From Octopus sinensis (taxonomy: Eukaryota): a stretch of 64,000 bases of DNA. Of the stretch, positions 12,440-25,189 are shown one piece after another. Every line of letters starts with the position of its first letter. Position 1 is the first letter of the stretch. Where the stretch lies: contig NC_042998.1 of NCBI RefSeq assembly GCF_006345805.1, positions 17,174,001 to 17,238,000 of the forward strand. The letters run 5' to 3'. The position numbers and the translations under genes were made by a program. The notes below the pieces were generated by a model. The model made no database searches, was not told the origin of the DNA, and saw only the letters and a list, made by a program, of their open reading frames with translations.

Positions 12440-13185
12440 GGCTTAGTAAAATAAATTACTTTGCCGCATACTGAACTCATTAGAAATAGCAGCTAAAAAA
12501 ACTTTTTTAAAACTATTTCTAATACTTAAAGAAAACCTCTCTCATATAGTGTTTGCTCAATTCAACAGACGAAAGTATGGGGGTATAGACATTAAAAAAT
12601 CAAATGCAATGGTTATTTGAGAACGTACGTTTCAAGATTAGTCAAACTCGACATTTCTATCATCAGCTCAGAACTCCCTGGTTTGGATTTGAAAACACTG
12701 AAAGTGGGAGCATACCCTTTCGGCTTCTTATCGCTTCTGAAGATCTGCTCGGAACTAACAGTGCCAACAAACTCAAAAATGCAAGCGAAGAATTTCCGCT
12801 CTCCCCTTTCCACCAGCATGGGTTAAAATCAGTAAACACTATGCTTTTTTCGGTAAAATCCGAGGCATTATATAGAGAGAGATGAATTATAATTTCAACA
12901 ATTGAGGGTAAAATTAATTAATTAATCAATTTCACCAAGTATTCAGTATGCAAAGGGACCATTTAAGGCGAATTCAAATTATTACATTATATAAAAGGGC
13001 TTAGTAAAATAAATTTTTTTAGCTGCTATTTCTAATGAGTTCAGTATGCGGCAAAGTAATTTATTTTACTAAGCCCTTTTATATAATGTAATAATTTGAA
13101 TTCGCCTTAAATGGTCCCTTTGCATACTGAATACTTGGTGAAATTGATTAATTAATTAATTTTACCCTCAATTGTTGAAATTATA
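12432..13185. mobile_element. Rearranged PLE-type terminal repeat cluster between (TA)n tracts, with internal direct and inverted duplications
   Basis: Segment A (12432-12500) recurs inverted at 13014-13085. Segment 12888-13016 is inverted at about 13057-13184. There is a hammerhead at 12618-12670. Confidence 0.75.
12618..12670 (-). ncRNA. Type I hammerhead ribozyme
   Basis: Minus strand TGAG-CTGATGA-T-AGA-AAT-GTC-GAGTTT-GAC-TAA-TCT-T-GAAA-CGTACG-TT-CTCA: intact core, 4-bp helix I, palindromic helix III ACGTACGT. Confidence 0.7.
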
Positions 13186-13314
13186 TATATATATATATAT
13201 ATATACATGAAGAGATAGACAATCGTAAGGAACTAAAAGGTAAATATACACAATATATGAGTTCAATATATATATGATTCAGCTATATATTTATATATAT
13301 ATATAGCTGAAATT

Positions 13315-13420
13315 TACAGAAAAACAAAAGCCGCAGGCAGGTGTATAAACAAGCTAATGTATTAGTTCTACGCTCGGGGAGGTGAAAATGTCCTTTATGT
13401 TTCGAGCCTACACTCTTCAT
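13315..13420 (-). mobile_element. PLE-type terminal repeat fragment (family of 28425-28590)
   Basis: The minus strand reads TGAAGAGTGTAGGCTCGAAACATAAAGGAC... and shares the CCTGCxT..TTTTG segment with 28540-28570. Confidence 0.55.
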
Positions 13421-14600
13421 TTATATATATACATATATATATATTTACACACACACAAGCACACACACCCACACACATTATGCTTTAGGCTATACATAAT
13501 TTGCAGAGCTCATTTCTACATGCGGTGGTGCATTTCTAAGCTAATTCGCACGTAATTATATTTATTTTCCTATTAATTTTGTATTTATGTACACAGTTGT
13601 CATCGTTTTTCGTGACTGTGCCAATAAATGTGCAGTCGTATTTTTCTACATATTTGCATCAATAGATAGGAGACCAAAATTGGAACCTTGTGTATTAACT
13701 ACAATCATCTGAAGTCTGTTTGATATAGTCATTCGAATTTTAGTTGGCATTTATTTAGGCTTGATCGGCCGCCATTGCGAAGTGAAATAGTTACTTCTTT
13801 GTAGGTATTATTTAGCTTCGAACGTGTTCGTATAAGAGATTTTCGCTGGTATTGTAAGTTTCTGCTTTCTAGGTGTTTTCTATTGGATTTGAACATTTTG
13901 GCACACGGCTAGATAAGAAAAAGGCAGTGATGTTGCTGCTCCTATTCGTAATTATTATTTTATGTTTTCCAGTTTAGCAGTTTCTCTCGATATATTCTCT
14001 TTAATCTGTGACAGATCTGGGCAGGACTGCATCAGTATTGTATGCATGCAGGATTGCTGCTTGTCGACGTGAGATGCATGTTACTCCGTTCTTATCGATT
14101 TTATTCAGTTGTTTTTCGTATTTAGTTTTGTCTGCTGAAATAGAATTTCAGTATATTTACTGAACCAGTGTAGCCATGACAATGGAAAGCATTAATATTT
14201 CCAAGAAATTTATGTTAAATAGTTTTGTTAGTCTTGTGACTGAAAGAAGTTTCTTTTACTTTCTTTTAAAGTAGTTTGTAAGTTTAAATTCCAGTTTTAA
14301 AAATCAAAATCCTTCCCCCATCGCCGATAATATCATGCACTGTTTTGAAAGCAAGTGTATATCAAGTGAAATTATTGTCTATGTTTTGTTGAGCCTAAAA
14401 TCAGATCGTTTGCGATTTTCGTTTGTCTTTTGATGTGAAAGGCTTTCTCAGAGATGATCAGGAATTTCAGGCAAGTATATATATTGTACTTAGTTGTTGA
14501 TCAGAAGTAGCTGAGTGCTGTAGAGACAGCGTCCTTTCATAATTACCCTCATCATTTCAATATATATATACTCACAGAGAGAGAGTTAGATAAACATATA

Positions 14601-14670
<70 letters not shown>

Positions 14671-14699
14671 CTGTGTGTGTGTGTGTGTATGTACCCACC

Positions 14700-14845
14700 A
14701 CCCCTTGGTGGCCGTTGTTGGCGCTTACCTTCCCATAACTTAGCCGTTCGGCAGTAGTTAACAATAGAATAAGCAGCGGGTTTTAAAAATTTAAATTTGG
14801 GGGCCAATTTTCTGGCCCCAGCATGGCCACAATCAAATGACAGGA
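14700..14845 (+). mobile_element. Degenerate 3' half of SINE family A
   Basis: ACTTAGCCGTTCGGCA...ATAGAATAAG...CCAGCATGGCCACAATCAAATGAC. Confidence 0.6.
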
Positions 14846-16712
14846 GCCAGTAAATATATACAATATATACAAGCGTGTCGAAAACTTTAGGCAATGTTCC
14901 TTTTTACATTCGGTATGAGATAACAGTAATTGGAGAGACGTGCATTACTGATATGATAGATGTGCATTTTTTGATGTAGCGTGACTTATAATCTTGTGGA
15001 TTAAGTTATTAAATTGATATTTAATAACAAGGAAATTAATTAAATTATTAATGTTTTCCAAATACACAAGAGGTTTGAAAAAATTATGTCAACTATTACG
15101 TATTATACATGAAAGGAAATATCCCATTAATGAGTGTTTACATGTCATGTTTGGATCAATATTCAGAATAACCTTGCAATGTATTACTGAGTTTTAAATG
15201 AGGTACAGTGCTACACAAAAACCTACATCGGTAGATTACAGCTGGAAACGTAAAGGGATGAAATTCTTCAGTGGGTGATATGTTTTCTAAATTAAAATTG
15301 ATCTGGTATTTTATCTGATTACACTATTTATAGAGAATGCGCAGCTGAATGAAGGATATAATGTTGTATATGGATAATAAATTGAGATAGGTTTGATAAA
15401 TTATAAGTTGGTATCAAGAGAATTCTCATTCCATATGTAACGGGCTGAATTCTTTTATGTGGCGTTGTGATGATTCCGCCAAAAGAACAGTTTTCGAAAA
15501 CAATATTCTCAGATACATAAAGTTGAATCACATATAACAAAACTAGATATGAAAATTCCCAATTCATAAAAGTATATATCTAGTCTAGTCTAGTCAATAT
15601 AGTCAAAACAACTCATATGCGTAAATTACTATATATGCCTTTTCATATATGTGTTACAACAATTTATCTTTAGTTAAAATAGAAGCAATCGTAAAATAGT
15701 AGGTCGTTATTGTACATATGCTAGTTTGGAACTTTTGTAGAGCTGGCTGTAAAATGGAATGAGCAGAGAGGTGATCATAGTCACCTATTATCGCCATATT
15801 TACACAATAAATCTGTATCTTTATATCGTAAATGTAAAGCAACCTTCTGAAAACTTGAAACGCAACATAATACTATACAATGAGTGGTAATATATTGCGT
15901 TAATGTATACATGTACGTGTGTTCTCAGTGTGTAATTGTGTGAGTCCGTGAGTACATGTACGACAAACATAGGAAATTATTCGTCAGAATACTGTTTCAT
16001 AATCACAAGGAAATATGTCTATAAGTAAGGAAAAGACAATATCTTACCAATACCCAATACATTACTGAAAGACAATATGCTTCCAAATCACCAGATTACG
16101 ATAGTGGATGTCACTTTTATGGATAGTTTACACGCTGTTATCAGCAGGTGATACAATGTGTCCCGTAAATTATTACTTTTCTATAAACCAGGCTGCATAG
16201 ATGAATGCTTAATACTGAAATTATATATCAATAGACACAATTAATATTGATCAAAACTGTCGATGTGAAATATTATTTAGTGATATAGATTCTCCGTGAC
16301 AAAATGTTACAGAAGAAAAAATGGGTAGGTCACAGATATTGCAATACTTAATCTTATATGCCTCCATTTGAGTCGAAGCGAGGATGAAAATATTGATGGT
16401 CATAAATATGATAAGGTCGAAATGATAGGGAGGGGGCTAATATCGATGTTGGTAAATACGATTATGATCAAATAAATCATAGCCATGGCATGGTTAACTA
16501 TAATACGAGGGTTGGTTACGTTTTTGCTGAGGTGACAATGGTAAGATAAAAGAAGCGAGAAAAGACGGTAGAAAAAACTTCTAATATATAGAAGTGAAAG
16601 TAAAAAAGTAAAGAAACTGTATTTTCAACATTACTTCGATAATATATTGATTTAAACTTTGAAGTATATAGGCAAGTAAATAATCATTGCTACACACACA
16701 CATACACACACA

Positions 16713-16743
<31 letters not shown>

Positions 16744-16746
16744 CAC

Positions 16747-16777
<31 letters not shown>

Positions 16778-17676
16778 TATATATATATATAATATATATA
16801 TATTATAGCCGTATATCTTTTCTGATCTCCACCACAACGCTCCATAACTATTAATCAGGTAAAACGTGGCATGTCACAATGTGAATTTAATGTTACTCGA
16901 TTAAAAAAAACAAAAAAAAAACATTTGTAGCAACAATTTATAGAGCATTACACTGGACGGCTATTTGCTTCCTTCTTTTGCAATCAGTAAGCAAGACACT
17001 TTGAAAACAACCTAAGATGATTTATGTATCGGACAGCAAACCATGCGAATTTTAAGAGAATAAGATAATATATGGATAATAATTTTTAAATTACTATAAT
17101 CCAGTACACTAACTAATGTACTATATTGTGTATTCAATAGTACTCATGAGATTATTACGACAATAATTCACGGTACTTCCATTTAAAATTTGAAAAACAC
17201 GCTCAAAAAAATTGATTTCATAGGAAGGTTTAATAGAATTAAAAATTAATCGGAGGAACCGCCAGTTCTTGTCAGAGTAATTAGCATGGTCTTTCCTCAA
17301 TGTTTGATTGATTATATGAAATGCTAAATGTCCACAATTTGAATAGGATAACGGTTACGTCATTATTTTATATCATTCCGTTTCTGAAGATCACTAACGC
17401 GGACATATGGCTTAATTTATTTTCTGAAATATTCACAGGAAGTTATTAAGTTATTTACATGCCACTGCAAACAATAAATTAGAAAATCTACCAAGTGAAG
17501 CAAACATACCACAACAAAAATACATAAAAAGCAAGCAATTTTTGTATGATTGGGTCTGTGTGTGTTGATATATATACATACAGTTATATATGTATATTTT
17601 GTATATACGTACATGTTTATATATATATATGTACATCTATCTGTCTATCTATTTATCTCTCTATCTATCTACCTAT

Positions 17677-17737
<61 letters not shown>

Positions 17738-17904
17738 TTAGGGAATAAATCCAATTTACAGGGAAAAATCAGATTTAGGATTAAATCCAATTTTATAGTA
17801 CAATATTATATAATATTATTAGAGACAAAACCACTATTTTGCAAAACAAACAAGGAAAGACTTAATCAATACATAAAATTTTAATAAAAAGTAAAAAAAA
17901 ACCG

Positions 17905-17947
17905 CCACTACAATTGTTTCTTGTCTTGATCGACAATCTTCAGGTGG
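17905..17947 (-). ncRNA. Canonical minimal type I hammerhead ribozyme
   Basis: Minus strand CCAC-CTGAAGA-TTGTC-GATCAA-GACAA-GAAA-CAATTG-TA-GTGG: complete core, helix I 4 bp, helix II 5 bp, palindromic helix III ACAATTGT, GUA site. Confidence 0.85.
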
Positions 17948-18384
17948 ACTTCCAATCTAAAATATCAATATTTTAAAATATAAAAATAATAATTTTAAAA
18001 TAATTAAAGTATTAATGAAAAAATATAAATATATAATCTATTTATAACCTATATATAATCCATATATAATCAATATATAAACAATATATAACTAAAATAA
18101 ACCTATCAACAATTAAATATAAAATATAAAATATAAAATATAAAATATAAAACAAAACAAAAAATAAACTATATATACACCCATACACATATAACTAATT
18201 ATATATAACCATATCTAAATACATACACTAAATCACACACCTATATATATATCCCTATACATACACATAAAAACGTCTAAGGAACGATAAATAAATAAAA
18301 TAGCTAAATACTTCAACACAATACTTATTCATACTCCCTCACACACACATACAACCCACATTCCCGCTCTAGAAACGGACATCA

Positions 18385-21300
18385 CTTAAAATTATGAGCG
18401 GAGAAATGGAATAAATGGAATTAAAAATTATATTCACTTGGTAAAACGAACACTACTTAAAAATTATGAATGAAACAATGCAATAAAACAACAGACATCG
18501 CAAATAGACAACACAACAGACTCGCAAATAGACACAAATTACTACGAATTCCTTAACAAAACTACCATGATAAACCAAAACTCATAAAAACATATAATGA
18601 TAAAATCTCCCTTTACTAAACTCTATAACATACTATATAGCCATCCCCCTAACCTAAACATTCACACACAAATACACACACGTAAACCACACACCCACGA
18701 CATATACAAATACCCACCCCACTTACACATACCTATACATACATATAAACCTCAACATATACTCCAAAAACCCACTCAACCCCACAGACAAATAAACACC
18801 TACATCCCCAAACCTAAATAGCAAACCCATAAACACATTCACACACAAATATACATACGTAAAACACACACCATATACATATACATACTCACCAAACTCA
18901 ATATATACAACAATATTAACACACCCACATTCATACAGATAAACAAACTACACAACCAAAATACGCACACACACCACCACAATCCCACATACATAAACAC
19001 TCCAAAGAAAAACAACATTATTACACATAATACGATATATAAATACATCGTAAGTAACCAGAATATCAAAATAACAATATGACATAAGGAGAAATAATAT
19101 ACATACTTTCAAGTCAGTTTCAAATTATGAAGTAAAATTAATTCTAATCCGTTAAAAACATCAAACCAAATTACGTTACCATAGGAACATAACTTATGTA
19201 TAAAACGAATACGCGCTATGGAAGCAAACCTCACTTAAAATTATGAATGGAGAAATAGAATAAATGGAATTAAAAATTTTATACTATTACCAACATTAAA
19301 AAAAAAACATAAATTCCATGATAAACTAAAATCCAAAAACATAAATGATAAAACTCCCCTTACTAAACCTATAACATACTTATATAGCAATCCCTTTAAC
19401 CTATACATTCACACACAAATACACACACGTAAACCCACACCCATAACAAATACAAACACCCACCCCACTCACACACACCCACAAGTACATACAAGCCTCA
19501 ACATATACACCAAACAAAATTACGTTACCAAGAACATAACATATGTATAAAAAGTATTCCCGCTCTGGAACGAACATATTTTAAAATTATGAATGGAGAA
19601 ATGGAATAAATGAATTAAAAATATATTCACGTGGCAAAACGAACACCACTCAAAAATTATGAATGAAACAATGTAATAAAACAACAAACATCGTAAATAG
19701 ACAAATTACCACGATTTCCCTAAAAAAACCATGATAAACAAAAATTCATAAAAACATATAACGATAAAATCTCCCTTGCTAAACTCTATAACAAACCTAT
19801 ATAGCAATCCCCCTAACCTAAACATTCACACACAAATACACACACGTAAACCACAGACCAACGACTTATACAAATACCCACCTCACTCATACATACCTAT
19901 ACTAACTTACAAACCTCTATACACCAAAAACCCACTCCCTCCCCCCACACAGACAAATAAACACATACATCCCCAAACCTAATATAACACCCATATACAC
20001 ATTCACACAAAACACACACACACGCAAAACACACACACACAACAGATACATATACATATACTCCACATACACATACACTCCATACTTACAATATATCATT
20101 ATACACACCACACACTCATTACAGATAATAAATTATACAACAAAAACACACCCACACCACCCAATCTCACTCCATAAAAAAAAACATTAAATACATCGTA
20201 ATTAACCAGAATATCAAAAATAACAATATGACATAAGGAGAAATAAAATACATACTTACAAGTCAGTTTCAAATTATGAAGTGAAATTAATTCTAAGCCG
20301 TTAAAAGAATCAAACCAAATTACGTTACCATAGAAACATAACTTATTATGTATAAAAAGAATACGCGCCATGGAAAGCAAACGTCATTAAAATTATGAAT
20401 GGAGAAATAGAATAAATGGAACTAAAAACTATATCCACGTGTCAAACCACACTATTAAAATTAATTTTCAATATACACCAACAAATTACGTTACCAAGGA
20501 ACTTAACATATGTATAAAAAGTATTCCCGCTCTGGAAACGAACATCTTTTAAAAATAATGAATGGAGAAATGGAATAAATGGAATTAAAATAATATTCAC
20601 GTGGCAAAACGAACACCACTCAAAAATTATGAATGAAACAATGTAATAAAACAACAAACATCGTAAATAGACAAATTACCACACGAATTCCCTAAAAAAA
20701 CATGATAACCAAAACTCTAAAACATATAACGATGTTATCTCCCTTTACTAAACTCTATAACATACCTATATAGCAATCCCCCTAACCTAAACATTCACAC
20801 ACAATACACACACGTAAACCACAGACCCACAAAGACTTATACAAATACCCATCTCACTCACACATACCTATACTAACTTATAAACCTCAATATACACCAA
20901 AAACCCACTCCCTCCCCACACAGACAAATTAACACATACATCCCCAAACCTATATAACAAACCATATACACATTCACACACAAACACACACGCAAAACAC
21001 ACACACAAACAGATACATATACTCCCTCACATATACGCATATACATACTCACTAAACTCGATATATACAACAATATTTACACACCCACACTCATACAGAT
21101 AAATAAATTAACAACTAAAAACGCACACACTCACACACAATCTCACATACATAAACACTCCAATAAAAACAACATTAAATACATCGTAATTAACCAGAAT
21201 ATCAAAAATAACAATATGACATAAGGAGAAATAAAATACATACTTACAAGTCAGTTTCAAATTATGAAGTGAAATTAAATTCTAAGCCGTTAAAAAAATC

Positions 21301-21490
21301 AAACCAAAATTACGTTACCATAGAAACATAACTTATGTATAAAAAGAATACGCGCCATGGAAAGCAAACGTCATTTAAAATTATGAATGGAGAAATAGAA
21401 TAAATGGAACTAAAAACTATATCCACGTGGCAAACCAACACTACTTAAAAAAAATATTATGAATGGATTCTTTAATAAAACTACCATGAT
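18385..21490. repeat. Degenerate tandem array (about three units of 0.8-1 kb plus partial units), strongly G-poor on the plus strand
   Basis: The marker TTAAAA(T)TATGAATGGAGAAATRGAATAAATGGAA recurs at about 18385, 19235, 19580, 20388, 20548 and 21376. Confidence 0.85.
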
Positions 21491-22429
21491 AAATTATTAT
21501 ATGCATTTATGAGCTTTAGCTCATCTTGGCAGCTCTAACAAACATTTTGCAGTAACCCACGTCTATTTTTGATGCCTGCCATTCCACTACACTATTCCAT
21601 TCCCAATTCTAAGCAACGCTAGCCCACCACCCGGTTACAATTCCCAACTCCACCCATTCATTCACAATTTCAACAACAATCAACTCCACAGCGCTACATA
21701 TGAGCCTCAATATATACATCGGTGATTCACTTCCACATCCGTGCGGATGGGTGAGAGTATGCATTGAGTGTAGTGATGGGGCTCCCTTTGCTATGCACAT
21801 TTGTACATGTGTGGTAGTCTCCATGTGTATATTCACGCACGGGTATAAGTGCGGGGGGTATACGCGCACGGCATGTGCGTGTACCCCCTCACATGTACAT
21901 GTGCTAATTTTTAAGTAGTGTTCGTTTTACCAAGTGAATATAATTTTTAATTCCATTTAATTCCATTTCTCCGCTCATAATTTTAAGTGATGTCCGTTTC
22001 TAGAGCGGGAATGTGGGTTGTATGTGTGTGTGAGGAGTATTAATAAGTATTGTGTTGAAGTATTTAGCTATTTTATTTATTTATCGTTGCCTAGACGTTT
22101 TTATGTGTATGTATAGGGATATATATATAGGTTGTGATTTAGTGTATGTATTTAGATATGGTTATATATAATTAGTTATATGTGTATGGGTGTATATATA
22201 GTTTATTTTTTGTTTTGTTTATATTTTATATTTTATATTTTTATTTTTATATTTTATATTTAATTGTTGATAGGTTTATTTTAGTTTATATATTGTTTAT
22301 ATATTGATTATATATGGATTATATATAGGTTATAAATAGATTATATATTTATATTTTTTCATTAATACTTTAATTATTTTAAAATTATTATTTTTATATT
22401 TTAAAATATTGATATTTTAGATTGGAAGT

Positions 22430-22471
22430 CCACCTGAAATTGTCGATCAAGACAAGAAACAATTGTAGTGG
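22430..22471 (+). ncRNA. Hammerhead copy lacking core G8 (probably inactive, or a sequencing indel)
   Basis: CCAC-CTGAA-A-TTGTC...GACAA-GAAA-CAATTG-TA-GTGG; one G is missing relative to 17905-17947. Confidence 0.6.
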
Positions 22472-22560
22472 CGTTTTTTTGACTTTTTATTAAAATTTTA
22501 TCTATTGATAAGTCTTTCCTTATTTGTTTTGCAAAATAGTGGTTTTGTCTCTAATAATAT

Positions 22561-22594
<34 letters not shown>

Positions 22595-22607
22595 ATATAT
22601 ATCTATA

Positions 22608-22839
22608 CTTTATTTTAAGCAGCAGAATTCAACAAAATCTGTTACTCTGAGTTTCTCGTTGCCGTTCATCAGACAGTTTTTGCTAGATTCTAGCAAAAAC
22701 TGTCTGATGAACGGCAACGAGAAACTCAGAGTAACAGATTTTGTTGAATTTTCTGCTGCTTAAAATAAAGCATATTACTCTACCACTGGTATTTGAGTAC
22801 TCTTTTTTCCACCTTGTTTCAGATTTATGTGTTTACTCC

Positions 22840-22840
<1 letters not shown>
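22608..22840. mobile_element. Short fold-back terminal-repeat element: palindrome of about 163 bp (22608-22770, 1-nt loop) plus unique 3' extension, between (TA)n tracts
   Basis: The arms are reverse complements apart from a 2-nt indel, and each contains a hammerhead motif. Confidence 0.85.
22700..22737 (+). ncRNA. Type I hammerhead ribozyme (mirror copy 22639-22676, minus strand)
   Basis: CTGT-CTGATGA-A-CG-GCAA-CG-A-GAAA-CTCAGAG-TA-ACAG: intact core, GNRA-capped helix II with an A.A closing mismatch, GUA site. Confidence 0.7.
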
Positions 22841-22876
<36 letters not shown>

Positions 22877-22945
22877 ATATATATATACATCTATATATAT
22901 ATACGCATATATTATTATATATATATATAATATATATATATATTA

Positions 22946-22977
<32 letters not shown>

Positions 22978-23000
22978 ACAATATATATATATATATACGC

Positions 23001-23031
<31 letters not shown>

Positions 23032-23180
23032 CGATATATATATATTACATACATATATATATATATATGTATATGTATGTATATATAATATATATATATA
23101 TACCATTTATATATATATATATATAATATATATATATATATTATATATATATATATGTATGTATGTATACATTTATATAT
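22840..23180. repeat. Long compound (TA)n microsatellite
   Basis: Directly visible. Confidence 0.95.
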
Positions 23181-23622
23181 ATGTATGTATGCATATGGTT
23201 GTATGTGCTCGTGTTTCATGTTTGTGTTCCGTATGCAAAGTTTAAATACAGGATTGATATAGAATTTCTCATAAAGCTTGATTTTATTGAATTAAGTATT
23301 GAACTGCTTTCCTGTATTAACATAAATATGACAGAACAAAAGTATTGCATTACTTGTTGGAGTCTACCCAGCCGAACAACTTTCTTAAGATAGTTTCCAT
23401 AATGTTTCTGGTTGTATGTGCTTGAATAATTGACGAACCTATCGAATTACTCACCTGAAGAATACTTACAGGTTCTGAAAATGCGTGAGGTGGTTTGTTA
23501 TTAACGAATTCATTATTAAAGACTGTAAATCTACTTGCAACATGCAGTAGACTATAGTTTCATTCAGGAATTTGTTAACCTCGCTGTGATAGGACTTTAA
23601 ATTAGTTTTGTTATACAAAATT

Positions 23623-24022
23623 GTAGGCGTAGGAGTGGCTTTGTGGTAGGTAGCTTGCTAACCAACCACATGGTTCCGGGTTCAGTCCCACTGCGTGGAA
23701 TCATGGGCAAGTGTCTTCTGCAATAGCCCTGGACCGACCAATGCCTTGTGAGTAGATTTAGTAGACAGAAACTGAAAGAAGCCTGTCGTATATATGTATA
23801 TATATGTGTATGTGTGTGTGTATTTTCCTCCCTAGCATTGCTTGACAACCGATGCTGGTGTGTTTACGTCCCTGTCACTTAGCAGTTCGGCAAAAAGAGA
23901 TGGATAGAATAAGTACTGGGCTTACAAAAAATAAGTCCCGGGGTCGATTTGGTTGACTAAAGGCGGTGCTCTAACATGGCTGCAGTCAAATGACTGAAAC
24001 AAGTAAAAGAGTAAAAGAGTAA
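23623..24022 (+). mobile_element. tRNA-derived SINE family A (resembles Octopus OK-type SINE) with internal (TA)n(TG)n
   Basis: A-box-like TGGCTxTGTGG, B-box-like GGTTCAGTCCC, CORE-like GGGCAAGTGTCTTC, tail GGCGGTGCT..GCATGGC..CAGTCAAATGACTGAAACAAG(TAAAAGAG)n. Confidence 0.9.
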
Positions 24023-24212
24023 CAGAAAGAGATGCTAAGAAAATTAAAATAGAAAGAAATAAAATTACTGAAGAGTAAATTACTTATTTAGAAGATGTGG
24101 ATTTATAAAGTGCTTGCAATGGATCACACTCCATTATGTTCATCACATACATTTTTTTTGCATAGTATAATGATGATTATTTCATTAAAACCATTGAAAT
24201 TAAAAATTTACA

Positions 24213-24369
24213 TGTGGCTGTGTGGTAAGTAGCTTGCTAACCAACCACATGGTTCCGAGTTCAGTCCCACTGCGTGGCATCTTGGGCCAGTGTCTTCTGC
24301 TATAGCCCCGGGCCGACCAATGCCTTGTGTGTGGATTTGGTAGACGGAAACTGAAAGAAGCCTGTTGTA

Positions 24370-24400
<31 letters not shown>

Positions 24401-24630
24401 AAGTGTGTGTGTATGTGTTTGTGTGTCTGTGTTTGTCCCTCTAGCATTGCTTGTCAACCGATGCTGGTGTGTTTGCGACCCGTCACTTAGCGCTTCGGCA
24501 AGGGAGTCCGAGAGAATAAGTACTAGGCTTACAAAGAATAAGTCCCGGGGTCGATTTGCTCGACTAAAGGCGGTGCTCCAGCATGGCCGCAGTCAAATGA
24601 CTGAAACAAGTAAAAGAGTAAAAGAGTAAA
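24213..24630 (+). mobile_element. SINE family A
   Basis: Same head, internal microsatellite and tail as 23623-24022. Confidence 0.9.
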
Positions 24631-25189
24631 TATCTACTTACTTCCTACTCTCTGTGTGACATCGTAAGATGTAGGTTCTTGAAATTGATCATATGCTCTA
24701 AATTAAAGTGATAATTCGATGAGAACGACAATTATTAATGAGCACGGTCGCTGCAGGTGCGTGGAAAGAGAACAAGTATATTATCAGATCTATATTTCCC
24801 TGCATCGTCAATTGCAAGCATTCAGATACATGATTTCATGGTCTTGCAACTCTTAAAGATATTAACGTATAGATGTTCGCAAAAGTTTTCTTTCGTAAGA
24901 ATCTTTCTGTAACAGTTTCTTTCACGAAGCGTACCTCTATGTTAAGCACACATTCAGGAACATCGCTGAATAATAACGTTCACATTGTTGCCTACATATC
25001 TGTATGTGTGTGTATGTTTGTGTATGTGTGATCGTGATGCTGTGTGTATGTGTTTGTGTGTGATACACTGTGTGTGTGAATGTGTGTGCATGTATATAAG
25101 TGTGTATATTTGAGTGTGTGTGTGTGTGTATGTTTTGGTGCGGATTTATGTAGAGATATATTCTTCATTGTTCAAATTCATGTTTAGAG

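Larger units (their letters stand above)
17740..22566. mobile_element. Non-coding fold-back element of about 4.8 kb: hammerhead-bearing inverted arms of about 660 bp (17807-18466 and 21905-22566) around a degenerate tandem array, bounded by (TA)n
   Basis: The arms are near-perfect reverse complements by eye. Hammerheads lie at 17905-17947 (-) and 22430-22471 (+). No credible ORF. Confidence 0.8.

Noticed and set aside
12465-12500. CTGAACT...GAAATAGCAGC (also at about 34230-34260) as a hammerhead
   Set aside because: The core and helix III cannot be formed.
18385-21490. Mitochondrial control-region insertion (NUMT), suggested by the A/C skew
   Set aside because: I recognised no mitochondrial tRNA, rRNA or protein sequence, and the array is continuous with a hammerhead-bearing arm. 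Not formally excluded without BLASTN.
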